Part shown: in pieces, positions 63,339 to 64,000 of the stretch
Numbering within the stretch: the first letter of the stretch is position 1
Layout of the letters: each line of letters begins with the position of its first letter
Source of the DNA: an uncultured delta proteobacterium
GTDB taxonomy: Bacteria; Myxococcota; Myxococcia; Myxococcales; Myxococcaceae
Length of the DNA stretch: 64,000 bases
Assembly (NCBI GenBank): GCA_963771175.1
Contig: CAVYSY010000006.1
Location: 96,001-160,000 of the forward strand
Reading direction: 5' to 3'
The notes under the pieces: generated by a model
What the model was told of the DNA's origin: nothing
What the model saw: only the letters and a program-made list of their open reading frames with translations
The model's database searches: none
Made by a program: the position numbers and the translations under genes

Positions 63339-64000
63339 ATGACTGGGATTGCACTCGTTCTGGCCGTCGTGCTCATCGCCATCGTCCTCTTCTCCATCGA
63401 GAGGATTCCCCTCGAGGTGACGGCGCTCGCCGTCGTCTGCCTGCTGGCACTGACGGGAGTCCTCACGCCGGCCGAGGCGTTCGCCGGGTTCTCCAACGAG
63501 ACGGTCATCTTCATCTTCGCGCTCCTGGCGATGACGGAGGGGCTGTCGGCGACCGGGGTGATGCACCGGGCCGGGAACTGGCTGGCGCGACTGGGCCGGC
63601 GAGGCCCCCGAGGCTTCCTCCTGGGGATGATGGTGCTCGTGGCGGCGTTCTCGGCCTTCGTCCCCAACACCGTCACCACGGCGGCCTTCCTCCCGGTGGC
63701 CCTCCGAGGCGCGAGGGACTCCGGCCTGCGCAGGAGCCGGGTGCTCATGCCGCTCGCCTTCGCCTCCATGCTGGGGGGAATGGGCTTCCTGTATGGGACG
63801 TCGACGAACCTGGTGGTCTCCGCGAGCCTGGATGACCTCGGGTTGGGCCCCATCGGCCTCGTCGAGCTCACCCCGGTGGGGCTGCCCCTGGCGCTGCTGG
63901 GCATCGCCCTCATCCTCCTGCTGGCGCCGAGGGTCCTGCCCACCCGGAGGGGCGTCGGCGAGGAGCCTCCCCGCGAGCCGCTCGCGCCCGCGCGTCACAC
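63339..64000 (+). CDS. SLC13-family permease (3' partial)
   Basis: MTGIALVLAVV..., AFAGFSN, SAFVPNT, LMPLAFASMLGG and GTSTNLV; the frame stays open to the window end, so it is missing from the ORF track. Confidence 0.88.
   Translation, partial: MTGIALVLAVVLIAIVLFSIERIPLEVTALAVVCLLALTGVLTPAEAFAGFSNETVIFIFALLAMTEGLSATGVMHRAGNWLARLGRRGPRGFLLGMMVLVAAFSAFVPNTVTTAAFLPVALRGARDSGLRRSRVLMPLAFASMLGGMGFLYGTSTNLVVSASLDDLGLGPIGLVELTPVGLPLALLGIALILLLAPRVLPTRRGVGEEPPREPLAPARH

Overview
This is a very GC-rich window whose gene content points to a myxobacterium (Cystobacterineae, Archangium/Cystobacter-like): a VegA homolog, DUF2381, a Sit-type toxin/immunity pair, Uma2 paralogs and a Ser/Thr kinase. About 60 genes can be reconstructed. 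Many are split by single-base indels clustered at ~26-27 kb, ~33-37.5 kb and ~48.6-51.3 kb, which look like long-read consensus errors rather than real pseudogenes. The most notable signal is an unannotated candidate selenoprotein operon at 38.8-40.9 kb. It comprises a Cys-rich PP-tailed leader ORF, a lipoprotein with two CxxCH repeats plus a thioredoxin domain, and an outer-membrane beta-barrel. The barrel's signal peptide is followed by C-A-G-TGA in frame, with a SECIS-like hairpin 11 nt downstream, giving a CxxU motif. Other highlights are a metallophosphoesterase-STAND-TPR NLR-like gene, a MshEN-REC-adenylate cyclase, a 4-His membrane protein/YceI/double-Rieske module, an ApbE flavinylation/ferric-reductase cluster, a LysM-C39-PGBD-GH19 dual lysin, an inverted REP-like repeat cluster and a dispersed 27-bp palindrome. 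No rRNA, tRNA, CRISPR array or transposase was recognised. All family calls come from motif recognition by eye, not database searches. Coordinates of frameshifted genes are approximate.
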